A DNA stretch of 64,000 nucleotides from Eledone cirrhosa. Its lineage: Eukaryota. A program made the position numbers and the translations under genes. Under the pieces are notes generated by a model. That model did no database searches, was not told the DNA's origin, and worked only from the letters and a program-made list of their open reading frames with translations. Positions 62,866 through 64,000 of this stretch are shown here, piece by piece (the first letter of the stretch is position 1; every line of letters begins with the position of its first letter). The stretch is taken from positions 171,244,001 to 171,308,000 of the forward strand of contig OZ024743.1 of the NCBI GenBank assembly GCA_964016885.1, written 5' to 3'.

Positions 62866-63046
62866 AAATTAGCAGTATCGGTAGAGGGTCGGACGCCATG
62901 CTTTCTAGCATAGTTACGTCCCTTTACATTCTGAGTTCAAATCCCGCCGAGGTTAACTTTGCCTTTCATCCTTACGGGGTCGATAAAATAAAGTACCAGT
63001 AATGCACTGGGTAATTGCTGGCCTTGTGCTTAAAGTAGAAACAATT
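62866..63046 (+). mobile_element. tRNA-derived SINE with TSD
   Basis: TTATATTTATCTAATAACG on both sides. Confidence 0.9.
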
Positions 63047-63267
63047 ATATTTATCTAATAACGTTCCATTATAATTTTATGTAAGGGCCTCTGTTAAGTT
63101 ATATTTCAAAATGTTAACTTCATAATGAGAAATATAGATATTTACTAGATATAGCCAAATTATTTTCAAAATCATTTGAAAACCATAGGCAGTTTCACTC
63201 ATTAGAAATGTCGTTGCCAACTGGTTAAAATTGTACATGGGTTTATAAGGTGGTAAATCAGCTGAAT

Positions 63268-63304
<37 letters not shown>

Positions 63305-63385
63305 CATATATGTATATACATATTTATATATATATACATATATGTATATACATATTTATATATAATATATATATATATATATATA

Positions 63386-64000
63386 CGAGGTGGGTCAGAA
63401 AAGTTCCAGGACTGATGTCACAAAAGATTTATTTCAAACCCAAACTTCACACTAAGAGTTTTCTCCTTCAAATTAATCCCCCTGGAGTATGTAACTGTAA
63501 TCTTAGCTCTCTGCAGCGATCAAACTTTTTTATTCATAATTTTATATACATTTCCTCTGTTTCAGGTCGTCAAGCAATGAGCACACAGCAACGAACAAAC
63601 TTCACGTATTTTTGAGTGGTGCAAGAGGTTTAAAGAAGGTCGCGAGGACGTGGAAGATGACCCCATGAGCGAAAAACCCTCAACAACCAGGACTGAGGTC
63701 AACGTTGAACGCGTCAGGCAGATGGTGCGTAGCGATCGTCGGCTGACTGTTCGACTGATGGCAAATGAGCTGGGCATGATTCGGGACAGCGTCTGGAAGA
63801 TTCTCACTGAAAATTTGGACATGCGGAAAGTCTGCGCGAAGATGGTGCCAAAACTGCTGAACGATGACCAGAAGGGTCGACGCATGCAAGTGCGCCAGGA
63901 CATCCTCGAGCGTCTTGAAACCGAACCAGACTTGCTAAGGACAGTCATCACCGGTGATGAGTCATAGATCTTCGAATACGACCCGGAGGGAACCTGTTTT
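63386..64000 (+). mobile_element. mariner (Tc1/mariner) transposon relic, runs off the window
   Basis: TA followed by TIR-like CGAGGTGGGTCAGAAAAGTTCC; FEWCKRFKEGREDVEDD, RRLTVR, KVCAKMVPKLL, ITGDES*IFEYDP (premature stop). Confidence 0.88.

Overview
AT-rich eukaryotic intergenic or intronic DNA made almost entirely of microsatellites and retroelements; the SINE family and microsatellite load suggest an octopus or other cephalopod (inference). No host protein-coding gene is evident, and most long ORFs are translations of (TA)n/(CA)n. The window holds many decayed Penelope-like elements (PLEs; RT + GIY-YIG), one CR1-group LINE with an uninterrupted ~910-codon EN-RT frame plus a truncated twin, RTE, Tx1/L1 and REL-type LINE relics, about a dozen copies of one tRNA-derived SINE, a hAT (Charlie/Buster-type) element with 8-bp TSD, a Helitron-like non-autonomous element and a mariner relic. 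The main hidden signal is about 25 type-I hammerhead ribozyme (HHR) motifs read by eye, degenerate ones included. Several sit in small non-coding, circularly permuted or tandem units of ~290-540 nt (retrozyme-like). These show stem covariation, palindromic stem III, U3-A8 core variants and inverted-repeat ends, and are mostly inserted in (TA)n.
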